A DNA stretch of 64,000 bases. It comes from a virus. This document shows positions 25,638-34,175 of this stretch, piece after piece (position 1 is the first letter of the stretch; every line of letters starts with the position of its first letter). The notes below the pieces were generated by a model. It did not search any database and had not been told where the DNA came from. It saw only the letters and a program-made list of their open reading frames with translations. The DNA lies in the IMG/VR virus record IMGVR_UViG_3300015245_000004, positions 1 through 64,000 of that record; one strand, written 5' to 3'. Both the position numbers and the translations under genes were made by a program.

Positions 25638-25825
25638 TTCTTCCCCTTGGATTTCAGGTCGCGGGCGAGGCAGTAGCGAGCAATCAATAGCAGGTCGTCG
25701 CCCGCATCAAGAGACAGCATTGTCTGCAACTGAAACTCTTGATCTACCTTTGCTTCAGCCAACTTCAGTTTGACTGCCAGCCGCTTCAACGCGGCCCGGT
25801 AGGCGCGGTCACTTGGCTTTCGCAT
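25634..25825 (-). CDS. Hypothetical small protein
   Basis: 63 aa with overlapping start and stop couplings. Confidence 0.4.
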   Translation of the reverse strand: MRKPSDRAYRAALKRLAVKLKLAEAKVDQEFQLQTMLSLDAGDDLLLIARYCLARDLKSKGKK

Positions 25826-26033
25826 GGCGTGCCTTCCTTACGGCGATGTATCTTTGTGCTTCAGCAATCTCATTTCGGTAAGTGTTTTCGATGGCCATGC
25901 CGATGATGTTCCCAGTAGTCAAGCCAGTCTTTACCGCACGTAAGCGAACTGCCATTTGCAGATAGTCGGGCAGGTCAATTATCATTCGCGGCCTGCCAAC
26001 ATCGCCTACCGTATGGTTTTTACTTCGTGCCAT
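25809..26033 (-). CDS. Hypothetical small protein, possible ribbon-helix-helix
   Basis: 74 aa. RPRMIIDLPDYLQMAVRLRAVKTGLTTGNIIGMAIENTY is RHH-like. Confidence 0.4.
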   Translation of the reverse strand: MARSKNHTVGDVGRPRMIIDLPDYLQMAVRLRAVKTGLTTGNIIGMAIENTYRNEIAEAQRYIAVRKARHAKAK

Positions 26034-26214
26034 GTTTTGCTCCCTTCTTGGGTTTGCTTCTCCGCTCCGCTTCCGCCTGCGCGGCGGCTTTGGTGGCGAA
26101 CGTCTTGCACTTCCCCTGACTGTCCCACAAAATCCAACCGCCGCACTCTCTCGCCCAAATTACGAATCGCGGATCACATTCATACTCCGTTGCTTTCCAC
26201 TTCAGTTTCGCCAT
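26020..26214 (-). CDS. Hypothetical small protein
   Basis: Start placed at the second ATG of GGAGGGATGAACATGGC (MAKLKWKATEYEC...). The same initiation cassette is reused at 26385-26400. Confidence 0.4.
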   Translation of the reverse strand: MAKLKWKATEYECDPRFVIWARECGGWILWDSQGKCKTFATKAAAQAEAERRSKPKKGAKHGTK

Positions 26215-26216
26215 GT

Positions 26217-26387
26217 TCATCCCTCCCTTTGGCGGTGCATCCAGCATTGGTTATGCACCCAGAAGTTTGCGAAAAAGATTACGAGATAATCACCCAGGGC
26301 CAGCGACCGACCGCAGAGAACGCATGGAACCTTAGCCAACTCGACTCGCTCGGCTTGCTCGGGCGTGTCGGAATTCTCGGTCGCCAT
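26217..26387 (-). CDS. Hypothetical small Cys-containing protein
   Basis: Start at the second ATG of the duplicated GGAGGGATGAACATGGC cassette (MATENSDTPEQ...PCVLCG...). Confidence 0.4.
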   Translation of the reverse strand: MATENSDTPEQAERVELAKVPCVLCGRSLALGDYLVIFFANFWVHNQCWMHRQREG

Positions 26388-26389
26388 GT

Positions 26390-26674
26390 TCATCCCTCCG
26401 GGCGATTTGCGGCAGCGGAGCGATGGCTTTCCATGTAAGCCGCGCATTGGCGTGCTTCTATGATCTGATCGTCGTCGGGCGTGTTCTTGCCCAATCGAAT
26501 ACGTTCGTTGATCCACGCACGAATTGCGCCCGGCGCGGCTGCATCACGGCCGAGCAAGACAAAGAGCATTTCAGTCGGATGCGCTTTGCTGAGACAGCTT
26601 CGCGGGTCAGTCGTTTCCAAGTTCTTAATCATGTCGTCCCTCTCTCCTCTCACGGGCGATTGCTTCACCGCCAC
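26390..26674 (-). CDS. Hypothetical protein
   Basis: 94-aa ORF. An internal start (MIKNLETT...) is possible. Confidence 0.4.
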   Translation of the reverse strand: MAVKQSPVRGERDDMIKNLETTDPRSCLSKAHPTEMLFVLLGRDAAAPGAIRAWINERIRLGKNTPDDDQIIEARQCAAYMESHRSAAANRPEG

Positions 26675-26701
26675 GGCGGCTCGGGCAAGTAATCCTCGGC
26701 G

Positions 26702-26938
26702 CTACCGTGGCATTGTAATTGGCGAAAACTGGCCATGCTTCCTTCGGCATCTTTGGCATATGCGTGGTGGCGAAGGCTTAGTCTTGGGGAAACCACTGCC
26801 GCACGCTTGGCATTTCCACCACCACACCTTCCGGGCAGCAACCAACTTGTACTTCGCCGAGTAACGCTTGCTGCCTTCGAGTATTTGCTTCACTGCGGCA
26901 ACCCGCGCTGCCGGAGATATGTCAACTTTGTTTGGCAT
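26702..26938 (-). CDS. Small zinc-ribbon protein
   Basis: 78 aa with WWWKCQACGSGF...ICQRCRRKHG (two CxxC pairs). Confidence 0.4.
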   Translation of the reverse strand: MPNKVDISPAARVAAVKQILEGSKRYSAKYKLVAARKVWWWKCQACGSGFPKTKPSPPRICQRCRRKHGQFSPITMPR

Positions 26939-26980
26939 GTTTCAGTTTCCCCTTCGAGCCGCCGCACTTCCGCCCAAAAA

Positions 26981-27283
26981 CTACTCAGCAGGTGTCTTGG
27001 TTTTGGCCCGATCCTTGAAATATCCGATGTCCGATAGATACATTCGCCGATCATCTTCGGGATAAACACAATGCTCTTTGCTGAACAGGTCGCATTCAAC
27101 GAGCCAAATAGACCAAGGCTGAATATCGCCGTATGCCCCCCTAATGCGAACGGCTTCGACAATATGCACAGAGTAGCGCTTGTCTTTGCCATGTCCGCAA
27201 TTTTGCACCCACATCGAAACGTCTTGATCCAATGATTCGGCCGGTGCCTTATTCAGCGCCTCACGCAACTCTCTTAGTGTCAT
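26981..27283 (-). CDS. Hypothetical protein
   Basis: 100-aa co-oriented ORF. Confidence 0.45.
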   Translation of the reverse strand: MTLRELREALNKAPAESLDQDVSMWVQNCGHGKDKRYSVHIVEAVRIRGAYGDIQPWSIWLVECDLFSKEHCVYPEDDRRMYLSDIGYFKDRAKTKTPAE

Positions 27284-27343
27284 CGCTCTCCGTCTTTCGT
27301 GTTAGTAACTCACTCTGTTTGTAAACCAGTTCCGCCAGCCCCA

Positions 27344-27550
27344 TCACGAGCTCGACCTATTGTGTCGTCTGCTCGCGTTTAGACACACCTGGCATTGCTT
27401 GCGAACAGATATGGTGTCCTCAAGCCACCGGTTGGGGTCGATTACTTCCCCTGAACATAAAGCTCTTGCAGCGTTGCCGTCGCTTACAAGAAGATGGATA
27501 GTTATTCCCGGCATTTCATCAAACTCCTGCTGGGTCAGTTTACCTTCCAT
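27344..27550 (-). CDS. Hypothetical small protein
   Basis: 68-aa ORF overlapping the upstream gene's stop. Confidence 0.4.
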   Translation of the reverse strand: MEGKLTQQEFDEMPGITIHLLVSDGNAARALCSGEVIDPNRWLEDTISVRKQCQVCLNASRRHNRSSS

Positions 27551-27824
27551 TTGTCGTCCTCTTCACCGTAAAGCCGCCGACTCCATCAAGCGGAGTAATC
27601 ACTTCGCCGCGCGGCAGTATCGCAAAGCGGCCTTCCTCACCGTCCACCGAAACGGCCGCGCCGGTCAGGTCTAGGCCAATCGGTAAGCCGACGAACCGGA
27701 ATGGCAATTTGCATTCAGCGCACACGATTCGGATGTCAGCTTGGTAGCGTTTGATCGGGCCGTTATCGACCTCTGACATCCGGTTGATTGTGGCCGCAAC
27801 GTCAAAGTTCTCATGCTCACACAT
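27540..27824 (-). CDS. Hypothetical protein
   Basis: 94-aa ORF starting 1 nt after the SNF2 gene stop. Contains CAEC. Confidence 0.45.
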   Translation of the reverse strand: MCEHENFDVAATINRMSEVDNGPIKRYQADIRIVCAECKLPFRFVGLPIGLDLTGAAVSVDGEEGRFAILPRGEVITPLDGVGGFTVKRTTNGR

Positions 27825-29201
27825 TCACTTCTCCTCGGGCGTATTGGAAATTGAGGCCATTCGCTCGAATAGCTCATTGAACACCGACAAACCACCCCGA
27901 TCAATGCCACCATCAAGCACCTGATCGAGTATTCGTTGCTTCTTCTGTAGGATGGCACACAATACTGTTTCAATCGTATTGCGGGCCACCAGGTAATACA
28001 CGTTCGCGGCGTTCTTCTGGCCGATGCGGTGAATACGATCCTCGGCCTGTGTATGGCTGGCCGGGTCCCAGGTTAGCTCGGCGAACGCCACTGTGTTTGC
28101 GGCCGTGCCGTTCCAGCCGACGCCGGCCGCCACGATATTGCCGAACATGATTCGGATTCGCTTGTCATGCGAGAACTGATCGATCATCTTCTGCCGGTCC
28201 TTACCAACTACCTCGCCGTCGAGTAGCACACTAGCCGGGAACCGCTCATGCAGCGGCCGGAGGATTTTCTTGTGTATCCCAAAAACAATTAACTTGCCGT
28301 CGGTAGCCATCAAAAAGTCTTCGATCCAGTCAATAACCGACCCCATCTTCAACCGCGCCGCCAGTCGCTTCAGGTAGCCGATCTGCACCAACTTCTCGGC
28401 CCGCTCCGATGGCGACTTGCCGGGTTCGTAGGTTTTCAGCCAGGCAAAAAAGTTGGTCATGGCCTTTTGGTACTGGCCCCGGTCCTTAATATCGACCGGG
28501 ATAATTGTGCGGGTTTTCGCCGGCAAATCCTTTAATACATCCTTCTTCAGCCGACGGACCATGCCAAGCCGGTTCAACTTTTTGTTGAGGTGGGGCAGGT
28601 TCGCCGCGCCCTTGAACTTCCAGACACCGAACACCTTCTCGGGCTGGCAGTATTTCCACCCGAAGTCCAGCATCGACGGGAACTCCTCCGGCCAAAGGAC
28701 GTGGCACGCCGAGAACAACTCTATCGGCCGGTTCTTCATGGCGGTGCCCGATAGCGCCAGAACGTGCGGCACGGGCTTGCATAGCCGGTGGAACGCCCGC
28801 GTGCAGCGGGCCTGCATATTGCAGATTTTCTGTACCTCGTCGCCAATGACCAACTGCGGCTCCAAGTGCAGTAGCCACCTCACCCAGGCATAAAGGATGT
28901 CGTAATTGATAATCAGAACACACCGCTTAGATATGAAACCTGAGTTAATGCGCGGCGGCCGGGTTGTTTCGAGTATCTCGGCCCGCAGGTTCAGGTGCTT
29001 CGACGCCTCGTTGGCCCAGTTCCACTTCACGGTCGCCGGGCAAACAATAACCGCCGGCCCGGCCGGGTAGAGGTAGCGCCGATACCACGCAAGGGACTGG
29101 ATCGACTTACCCAGGCCCTGCTCGTCACCGAGCAGACCACGGCCGCCCGTTGACTCTAGCTTGAGTACGCCGATTTCCTGGTATGGATAAAGGGGTGTCA
29201 T
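27825..29201 (-). CDS. SNF2-family (SF2) helicase/ATPase
   Basis: 458 aa. Motif I GDEQGLGKSIQSLAW, motif II IGDEVQKICN, motif III LALSGTAMKNRPIELF, and motifs V/VI AAGVGWNGTAANTVAF...QAEDRIHRIGQ. Confidence 0.85.
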   Translation of the reverse strand: MTPLYPYQEIGVLKLESTGGRGLLGDEQGLGKSIQSLAWYRRYLYPAGPAVIVCPATVKWNWANEASKHLNLRAEILETTRPPRINSGFISKRCVLIINYDILYAWVRWLLHLEPQLVIGDEVQKICNMQARCTRAFHRLCKPVPHVLALSGTAMKNRPIELFSACHVLWPEEFPSMLDFGWKYCQPEKVFGVWKFKGAANLPHLNKKLNRLGMVRRLKKDVLKDLPAKTRTIIPVDIKDRGQYQKAMTNFFAWLKTYEPGKSPSERAEKLVQIGYLKRLAARLKMGSVIDWIEDFLMATDGKLIVFGIHKKILRPLHERFPASVLLDGEVVGKDRQKMIDQFSHDKRIRIMFGNIVAAGVGWNGTAANTVAFAELTWDPASHTQAEDRIHRIGQKNAANVYYLVARNTIETVLCAILQKKQRILDQVLDGGIDRGGLSVFNELFERMASISNTPEEK

Positions 29202-29359
29202 TATTTAACAACACATTTGACATGGGCACGGCGGCTATAACCGCCGTCATGGTACGAATTGCCATAGGTGATGTCCTTGTTACAAAGGCAGCACCTGTGC
29301 ATTGTCAGGCATGTTCTTACTGGGTATTTTCTAAGCCGTTCTTTTCTACTTATTTTCAT
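29201..29359 (-). CDS. Small Cys-rich protein
   Basis: Trimmed to MKISRKERL...CLTMHRCCLCNKDITYG...HVKC. ATGA overlap with the upstream stop at 29356. Confidence 0.4.
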   Translation of the reverse strand: MKISRKERLRKYPVRTCLTMHRCCLCNKDITYGNSYHDGGYSRRAHVKCVVK

Positions 29360-29652
29360 CGCAGTGCCCTTCGTTGTTTGCGGTTGAGTTTGGCTTTCGA
29401 CAGCTTGAACTTGCAAGCAGCCTTTACTATCGGTGGTTCCTTGATGCCGCCTGCAACGCACTTCCAGTTCATTACCGACAACGATGAATCCCCAACTATC
29501 AAGGTGCCGGCAGTCCCCTCATCGCCAACTTGAACCGGGCGAATGCCCCGCAGAAACTGCCGCTCTACTTCTGCCGCCATTTCCTCGCCGGCCTTCATCA
29601 TTTTGATTTCATCGACGCGGATTTCGTGCATAGCAATCACACGCGCGGTCAT
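29356..29652 (-). CDS. Hypothetical protein
   Basis: 98-aa ORF, translationally coupled on both sides. Confidence 0.45.
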   Translation of the reverse strand: MTARVIAMHEIRVDEIKMMKAGEEMAAEVERQFLRGIRPVQVGDEGTAGTLIVGDSSLSVMNWKCVAGGIKEPPIVKAACKFKLSKAKLNRKQRRALR

Positions 29653-30170
29653 CGCAGTGCCCTCCGGATTTCCGAAAACGACGCGGCGATCATGGCCGCC
29701 GACCAGCCAAGGTCTTTTAGGTAACGGCGGATGGCGGTGCGGTACTGGCCGGCGCTATCCGAGCCCCGCACGGCCAGGGCGTGGTGAATATCCATCGGCG
29801 TCTCAAACACCAGCCGGGCCACCGTCCGCGCCTCGTCGGACAGGCCGCCGAGCCAGCTACCCAGATCGAATGCAGGCGGCGTTGGACCAACCAATTCATC
29901 GAGGTAAATCACCTCGCGGTCGATGCGGCGGTTGGCATGCATATACTGCCGCTGCTTTTCGAGGAGCTGCCAGTAGATATAACCGCGCACATAAGTCACA
30001 AACGAGGACCGTGACCCGTCCCATTTTCGGTAGGCATCCATAAACCATAAACTTGCATCGGCCATATGGTCCTCGAAACTGCCGCCGTAGCGGCGCATGA
30101 AGATTGCCACGGCGTTGCCGATCAACCGCCGCACATCCAGGTAGGTCGTTTCCACCGCCGCTCGGCACAT
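29649..30170 (-). CDS. Sigma-70-family-like (ECF-sized) transcription factor
   Basis: 173 aa. ADASLWFMDAYRKWDGSRSSFVTYVRGYIYWQLLEKQR resembles sigma region 2. A C-terminal helical HTH-like region (EARTVARLVFE...) resembles region 4. Confidence 0.6.
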   Translation of the reverse strand: MCRAAVETTYLDVRRLIGNAVAIFMRRYGGSFEDHMADASLWFMDAYRKWDGSRSSFVTYVRGYIYWQLLEKQRQYMHANRRIDREVIYLDELVGPTPPAFDLGSWLGGLSDEARTVARLVFETPMDIHHALAVRGSDSAGQYRTAIRRYLKDLGWSAAMIAASFSEIRRALR

Positions 30171-30185
30171 TGCACCATCTCCATA

Positions 30186-30196
30186 GTATTATCGGG
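30186..30196 (-). promoter_or_regulatory. Conserved CCCGATAATAC (-10-like) motif upstream of the sigma-like gene
   Basis: The minus strand reads CCCGATAATACTATGGAGATGGTGCA-ATG. The same 11-mer occurs at four rightward intergenic sites. Confidence 0.45.
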
Positions 30197-30225
30197 TAGT
30201 CGTTATATGAAACCCTATATCCGGG

Positions 30226-30975
30226 TCAAGCCGGGATTTTCCCGGCCACCGGCAGCATTCGACCGAACTCCCGAAGATAATCCATCTGATACAACGCCGG
30301 GGCCTTCTGCGCTATCAGCGAGAAGGCCGCCAGTAAGTCCCAGGCCGATGGTGTCCGCATCAACCCCAGCTCCGAGCGGCCCCGCTGCTTGAACGCGGCA
30401 TCTACCTCCAGCATGCGTGACGGGGCAACCAGACCCCGCCGCCCGGCCGCCATTAGCAGGCGGTCGGCCTCGGTATCATCCAGGTCCACACCCTTGCGGT
30501 CGATGATGTAGGCCGGCACCCGCCGGAGCAGGCCGGCGGCAATGTCCATAGCACCCGTTACCTTTTCGGGGATGGCAAAGCCACCGGTGTGCTTATGCTG
30601 CAGTAGCGGGGTATCGAGTACCGTCGAGTACTGCTCGCCGTCATTAGTTATCTGAACGCCCAGGAGAATTTCCACATTGCGCCGTCGGCTATTCCAGTTG
30701 ATAATGCCGATGAAGGGAGCAAACACCGAAAAGGGGGGAGAGTATCGATCCAGAAGGATCGCCGCCGCCATATCCGATTCGTACCGGCCGAGAGCATAAG
30801 TAGCGGCGGGCGTGGGGCCGCACCAGTCGCGGGCCTGGGCCTGCGCTATAATCTCATGCAGTAGCTCGTGGTGGGGAATTCCCGTCCACGCGGCTCCGGC
30901 CGAGATCGGCGGCCGGAGCCTGATGCGCCGCAGGGCGGCCACATCATAAGGCAAAGTATCGGGTCCGTAGATCAT
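30226..30975 (-). CDS. Hypothetical protein (weak DUF932-like impression)
   Basis: 249-aa ORF with an ATGA overlap to the NusG-like gene. The family call is not reliable. Confidence 0.4.
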   Translation of the reverse strand: MIYGPDTLPYDVAALRRIRLRPPISAGAAWTGIPHHELLHEIIAQAQARDWCGPTPAATYALGRYESDMAAAILLDRYSPPFSVFAPFIGIINWNSRRRNVEILLGVQITNDGEQYSTVLDTPLLQHKHTGGFAIPEKVTGAMDIAAGLLRRVPAYIIDRKGVDLDDTEADRLLMAAGRRGLVAPSRMLEVDAAFKQRGRSELGLMRTPSAWDLLAAFSLIAQKAPALYQMDYLREFGRMLPVAGKIPA

Positions 30976-31526
30976 ATCACCTCCACTTGCCAGTACGGCA
31001 CGCTGATCGGAGCCTTCCGGCCGAGGATTTCCACCGCCACCGTGACGATAGGTTCGGCCCCCGGCCGTGGCTCATCGATTTCTGTTACGGCCCCGAAAGT
31101 GCCGCTGTAGTTCCCCCGAACTATTTTGACCTGGTCCCCAATCTCATAGGGGATCATCACCCGCGCCTGCCGCACGGCATTGGTGCGGGTCACCCGGCAA
31201 TCCGCCAGGAGACCCAGCACCTCATCCTCGGCAAGCGGTACGGGCCGCTCGTCGCTCGGCAGCAGGCCGAACGTGCCGGCAATGCCCCGGAGCATTCGCA
31301 CCACCGGCGGTATCGGATTAAGCTCGACAAACAAATACCCGCCGTACTTAGCGCGGGTGCGGGCCTGCCACTTCTTCCGCAGCAGCACCCGCGTAGTTTC
31401 GGTCGGCACCAGGACATTGCCGACCGCCCGTTTCAACCCGGCCTCGATCGCGCCGTCGCGGATGTCGGCCGCGATGTTATTCTCACGGCCCCCGTAGACC
31501 ATAAGTGCATACCATTTCCGCTTCAT
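30972..31526 (-). CDS. nusG: NusG-like transcription elongation/antitermination factor
   Basis: 184 aa. NGN domain KWYALMVYGGRENNIAADI...VLVPTE and KOW motif IGDQVKIVRGNYSGTFGAVTEID. Confidence 0.8.
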   Translation of the reverse strand: MKRKWYALMVYGGRENNIAADIRDGAIEAGLKRAVGNVLVPTETTRVLLRKKWQARTRAKYGGYLFVELNPIPPVVRMLRGIAGTFGLLPSDERPVPLAEDEVLGLLADCRVTRTNAVRQARVMIPYEIGDQVKIVRGNYSGTFGAVTEIDEPRPGAEPIVTVAVEILGRKAPISVPYWQVEVI

Positions 31527-31539
31527 GCGCCGGCCTCCG

Positions 31540-32328
31540 TTAGAGAATCTTCGCCCGCGTTTCGTTGACCTGTATGCCCAGGTGCTTGAGCATCTTATTG
31601 CCCTTCACCGCATTCCAGACCTTGATGGTGAGAATGCACAAAGCCTCGCTCGGGGTTTTGCGAACGGCCGACTGGTCCTTAATCATCAGCGCCCGCAGTT
31701 TGAACTCCGGCATCTCCCGCAGTAAGTCCTCGCCAACGAGAACCCGCGAAAAGAACTCCTCGGCCAACTTTTTGCTGCGGGCCGCAAATATGCAGTGCAG
31801 CGCCCCCATGATTCCCGATGGGTACTTAACGGTGTGCGGCAGGTGGCGAATGAACTCCACCGAGTCGCGGAGGGTGGGATTATCTTCAAGGTACTTGACC
31901 ATAGTCACCGCGCTAAACCGGCAAACCGATGCCAGCGATGCCCCGGTAGTGACCGCCTGGTGCCAGCGAACGGCTGCTGCCAGACTGGTGTAGGACTTCT
32001 CGCCGTGCCGCGCCAGAACGTCGGCAAGGCTACGTGATTTCCCCTGGTCCACCGTGTCGTAGCTTTCGGCGCTGAGGCCCCGCGCGACATAGCACTTGAT
32101 GGCCTTACCCGCCTTGATAATCGCGGTCAAGCGGTGCTGGCCATCAACCAGCGTGCCGTCGCCGTTGAACTTAACCGATTCACCATTCAACTCCCACTGG
32201 TCGGCGATGATAGCCGCAGCTAAAGTGGCTGCGTGCCGCTGTGAAAGCGGCCGGTTGCAGGTGTTGTGCTTGAGCCACTCGGTGGCCTTTTCGGGCGTGA
32301 TAACCTCAACTCGCATCTCAACGGACAT
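31540..32328 (-). CDS. ParB/Srx-fold nuclease-like DNA-binding protein
   Basis: Trimmed to MSVEMRVEVI..., which has GAGGAGG upstream. Motif NRPLSQRHAATLAAAI...LVDGQHRLTAI. Confidence 0.7.
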   Translation of the reverse strand: MSVEMRVEVITPEKATEWLKHNTCNRPLSQRHAATLAAAIIADQWELNGESVKFNGDGTLVDGQHRLTAIIKAGKAIKCYVARGLSAESYDTVDQGKSRSLADVLARHGEKSYTSLAAAVRWHQAVTTGASLASVCRFSAVTMVKYLEDNPTLRDSVEFIRHLPHTVKYPSGIMGALHCIFAARSKKLAEEFFSRVLVGEDLLREMPEFKLRALMIKDQSAVRKTPSEALCILTIKVWNAVKGNKMLKHLGIQVNETRAKIL

Positions 32329-32528
32329 GGTTAGTCCTCCTCGGGTTATGCAGGGACCGGTGTGGCCCCTACTGGTTTTCCTTGCGCAGGCGATTGTACT
32401 CGTCAATGATCTCGTCCTCGGTCACGTCGCGGTCCGCGCCGACCGGGATAGTTGCGTCCTCAAGGCGGGGCGGTTCCTCGTCGTCCCATGTAAAGAAGGG
32501 ATCGAAGATGGGCGGCACAATGATGTCG

Positions 32529-32789
32529 CTACGCTTTGGCACTGCGTCCTCCCGTTTTTGGGTTAGTTTCTAGTTTGGAAATGTACTTCTTAGGGTCTTT
32601 CTGCGCGGCCGGGTCAATGAAGCGAATAGCCTCATCGCCATTGTCAAACTTTACAAGGTATGTGTTGTCGCCGATAGCCATAGCTCGGATGATCGTTGCC
32701 TTGCCTTCAATGACAAGCTGGCCATTGATGTTTCCGTTCAAGACCGTTACCCGGTCCCCAATGTGAAATGAGTATCGTTTACGAGCCAT
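32529..32789 (-). CDS. Hypothetical small beta-barrel (SH3/KOW-like) protein
   Basis: 86 aa. IGDRVTVLNGNINGQLVIEGKATII...YLVKFDNG. Confidence 0.45.
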   Translation of the reverse strand: MARKRYSFHIGDRVTVLNGNINGQLVIEGKATIIRAMAIGDNTYLVKFDNGDEAIRFIDPAAQKDPKKYISKLETNPKTGGRSAKA

Positions 32790-32855
32790 TGAATCCTCGG
32801 GTTAGAAGTTAGGGCGATGGATTTGGTTAGTCGTTTCCTTCCGGCTTGGCCGGGG

Positions 32856-33059
32856 TTAGTTGTACCAAGTTCCAACATTACCACTGGGCTGTTTACCATT
32901 ATCGATTATCCGACGGCAGAGAGATTCCATTCCAACTTGGTCGCTGCCGGTATGGCACCACACAAGCCGGTAGAACCCATCGGTAACTTCTGCATCGAAA
33001 CAAAGCCCGCCCGTAGTTTGGCGAGGCGTTACCCGATACTTCATCCCGTGGTAATCCAT
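32856..33059 (-). CDS. Hypothetical small protein, first leftward gene
   Basis: 67-aa ORF directly downstream of the leftward promoter-like arm. Confidence 0.4.
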   Translation of the reverse strand: MDYHGMKYRVTPRQTTGGLCFDAEVTDGFYRLVWCHTGSDQVGMESLCRRIIDNGKQPSGNVGTWYN

Positions 33060-33097
33060 CTTTATCCCCTTTTTCGGCGGCCGGTTTTCGGCCCCGT

Positions 33098-33135
33098 TAC
33101 CTAGTTATAGGCCGGTAATACCCGGAAGGCAAATC
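33098..33135 (-). promoter_or_regulatory. Left arm of a 38-bp inverted repeat carrying a sigma70-like promoter (leftward)
   Basis: The minus strand reads GATTTGCCTtccgggtattaccggccTATAACTAGGTA. This gives TTGCCT (rc of 33127-33132), a 17-nt spacer and TATAAC (rc of 33104-33109). Confidence 0.55.
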
Positions 33136-33254
33136 CCGGCGCAAAGAATTATCGGAATTCCCCCAGCCCGGCCGCCCCGAAAAATACCGGGGATTCCGTA
33201 ACACCTAGAAGGATTGCGGACTTACGACGAAGAAACAAGTATTCTTGCAATTCC

Positions 33255-33292
33255 GATTTGCCTTCGGCCTATTACCGGCCTATAACTAGGTA
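33255..33292 (+). promoter_or_regulatory. Right arm of the inverted repeat carrying a sigma70-like promoter (rightward)
   Basis: GATTTGCCTtcggcctattaccggccTATAACTAGGTA, giving TTGCCT (33258-33263), a 17-nt spacer and TATAAC (33281-33286). It lies about 60 nt upstream of the first rightward ATG. Confidence 0.55.
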
Positions 33293-33345
33293 GTAGCGGG
33301 AACGACCCCGCGAACAACTAACGCCGGCTTAGCCGGTATGGATGA

Positions 33346-33543
33346 ATGATGACCGCGATTCGCAAACCTTCATTTACGCCGAACGAAATGTACCTGGTAG
33401 GTGACGCCCTGCTGAAGGCGGCGTCAATTATGGACCGCGATCACACCAAGTACCCGACCGCCGGGTACGATCAGAAGGCAGCCGCATTTCGCACGTTGTT
33501 CCAGCGGGTGGGCGACTATCTGGATGCCCGCAGCAAAAAATAA
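33346..33543 (+). CDS. Hypothetical small protein, first rightward gene
   Basis: 65-aa ORF. Its stop codon begins repeat copy 1. Confidence 0.45.
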   Translation: MMTAIRKPSFTPNEMYLVGDALLKAASIMDRDHTKYPTAGYDQKAAAFRTLFQRVGDYLDARSKK

Positions 33544-33611
33544 CGACGCCGACTACCGGCCCCGCACCGCCCGCCGGGCCGATGGTCGCCGCCGCTAACT
33601 ACGAGGGAATC
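33542..33611 (+). repeat. Intergenic stem-loop repeat, copy 1
   Basis: AACGACGCCGACTACCGGCCCCGCACCGCCCGCCGGGCCGATGGTCGCCGCCGCTAACTACGAGGGAATC followed by ATG. It spans exactly from the upstream stop to the next start. Confidence 0.85.
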
Positions 33612-33872
33612 ATGGCAACCGCAACCCCGATCAAATGGCGCAAACTTGCGCCGACCGAAACATACCGGGGGCTGTACGGCATCGAATGCCGGGCAGGCAA
33701 GCACACTGTGCTGCAAGCCGTAATTGAAGATGATACCATAACGGTCACCAACGACCCTGATCAGGGCAAGCGATGGTCTTGTGGGATTTCCAGCGGCGGT
33801 GGATTTCAAGGTTTTGATACCGCTAAAGACGCCCAGGAACGCGCCGTAGCATTTGCCACTGGCAGCGGGTGA
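33612..33872 (+). CDS. Hypothetical small protein (cassette 1)
   Basis: Start placed at the ATG after GAGGGAATC (MATATPIKWRK...). The ORF-track start at 33582 lies inside the repeat. Confidence 0.45.
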   Translation: MATATPIKWRKLAPTETYRGLYGIECRAGKHTVLQAVIEDDTITVTNDPDQGKRWSCGISSGGGFQGFDTAKDAQERAVAFATGSG

Positions 33873-33873
33873 T

Positions 33874-33944
33874 AACGACGCCGATTACCCCGGCCGTTTT
33901 CGCCCGCCGCCGGGATGGTCGCCGCCGCTAACTACGAGGGAATC
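33874..33944 (+). repeat. Intergenic stem-loop repeat, copy 2 (diverged 5' arm)
   Basis: AACGACGCCGATTACCCCGGCCGTTTTCGCCCGCCGCCGGGATGGTCGCCGCCGCTAACTACGAGGGAATC. The stem bases differ from copy 1 but pairing is kept (CCCGGC/GCCGGG). Confidence 0.8.
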
Positions 33945-34175
33945 ATGGCAACCGCACCACACCGCCGAATGACAAAGTCTGAAGCAACCCAACTACGCGC
34001 AGCGATCAACCGCCTGCATTATCTGGAAATCGTCCACGAGGCCAGTGACCAGTACGGCATAGCCGCACAAGATTGGCGCACCGGGAACGGAATAGTACTG
34101 TCAAACCTTGCCGCCCTTACTTACCTGAAAACGCATGGCGCGGACAAGTACCTAGCGTCAAAACATAACCGCTAA
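33945..34175 (+). CDS. Hypothetical small protein (cassette 2)
   Basis: Starts MATAPHRRMTKSE... after the repeat-borne RBS. Confidence 0.45.
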   Translation: MATAPHRRMTKSEATQLRAAINRLHYLEIVHEASDQYGIAAQDWRTGNGIVLSNLAALTYLKTHGADKYLASKHNR

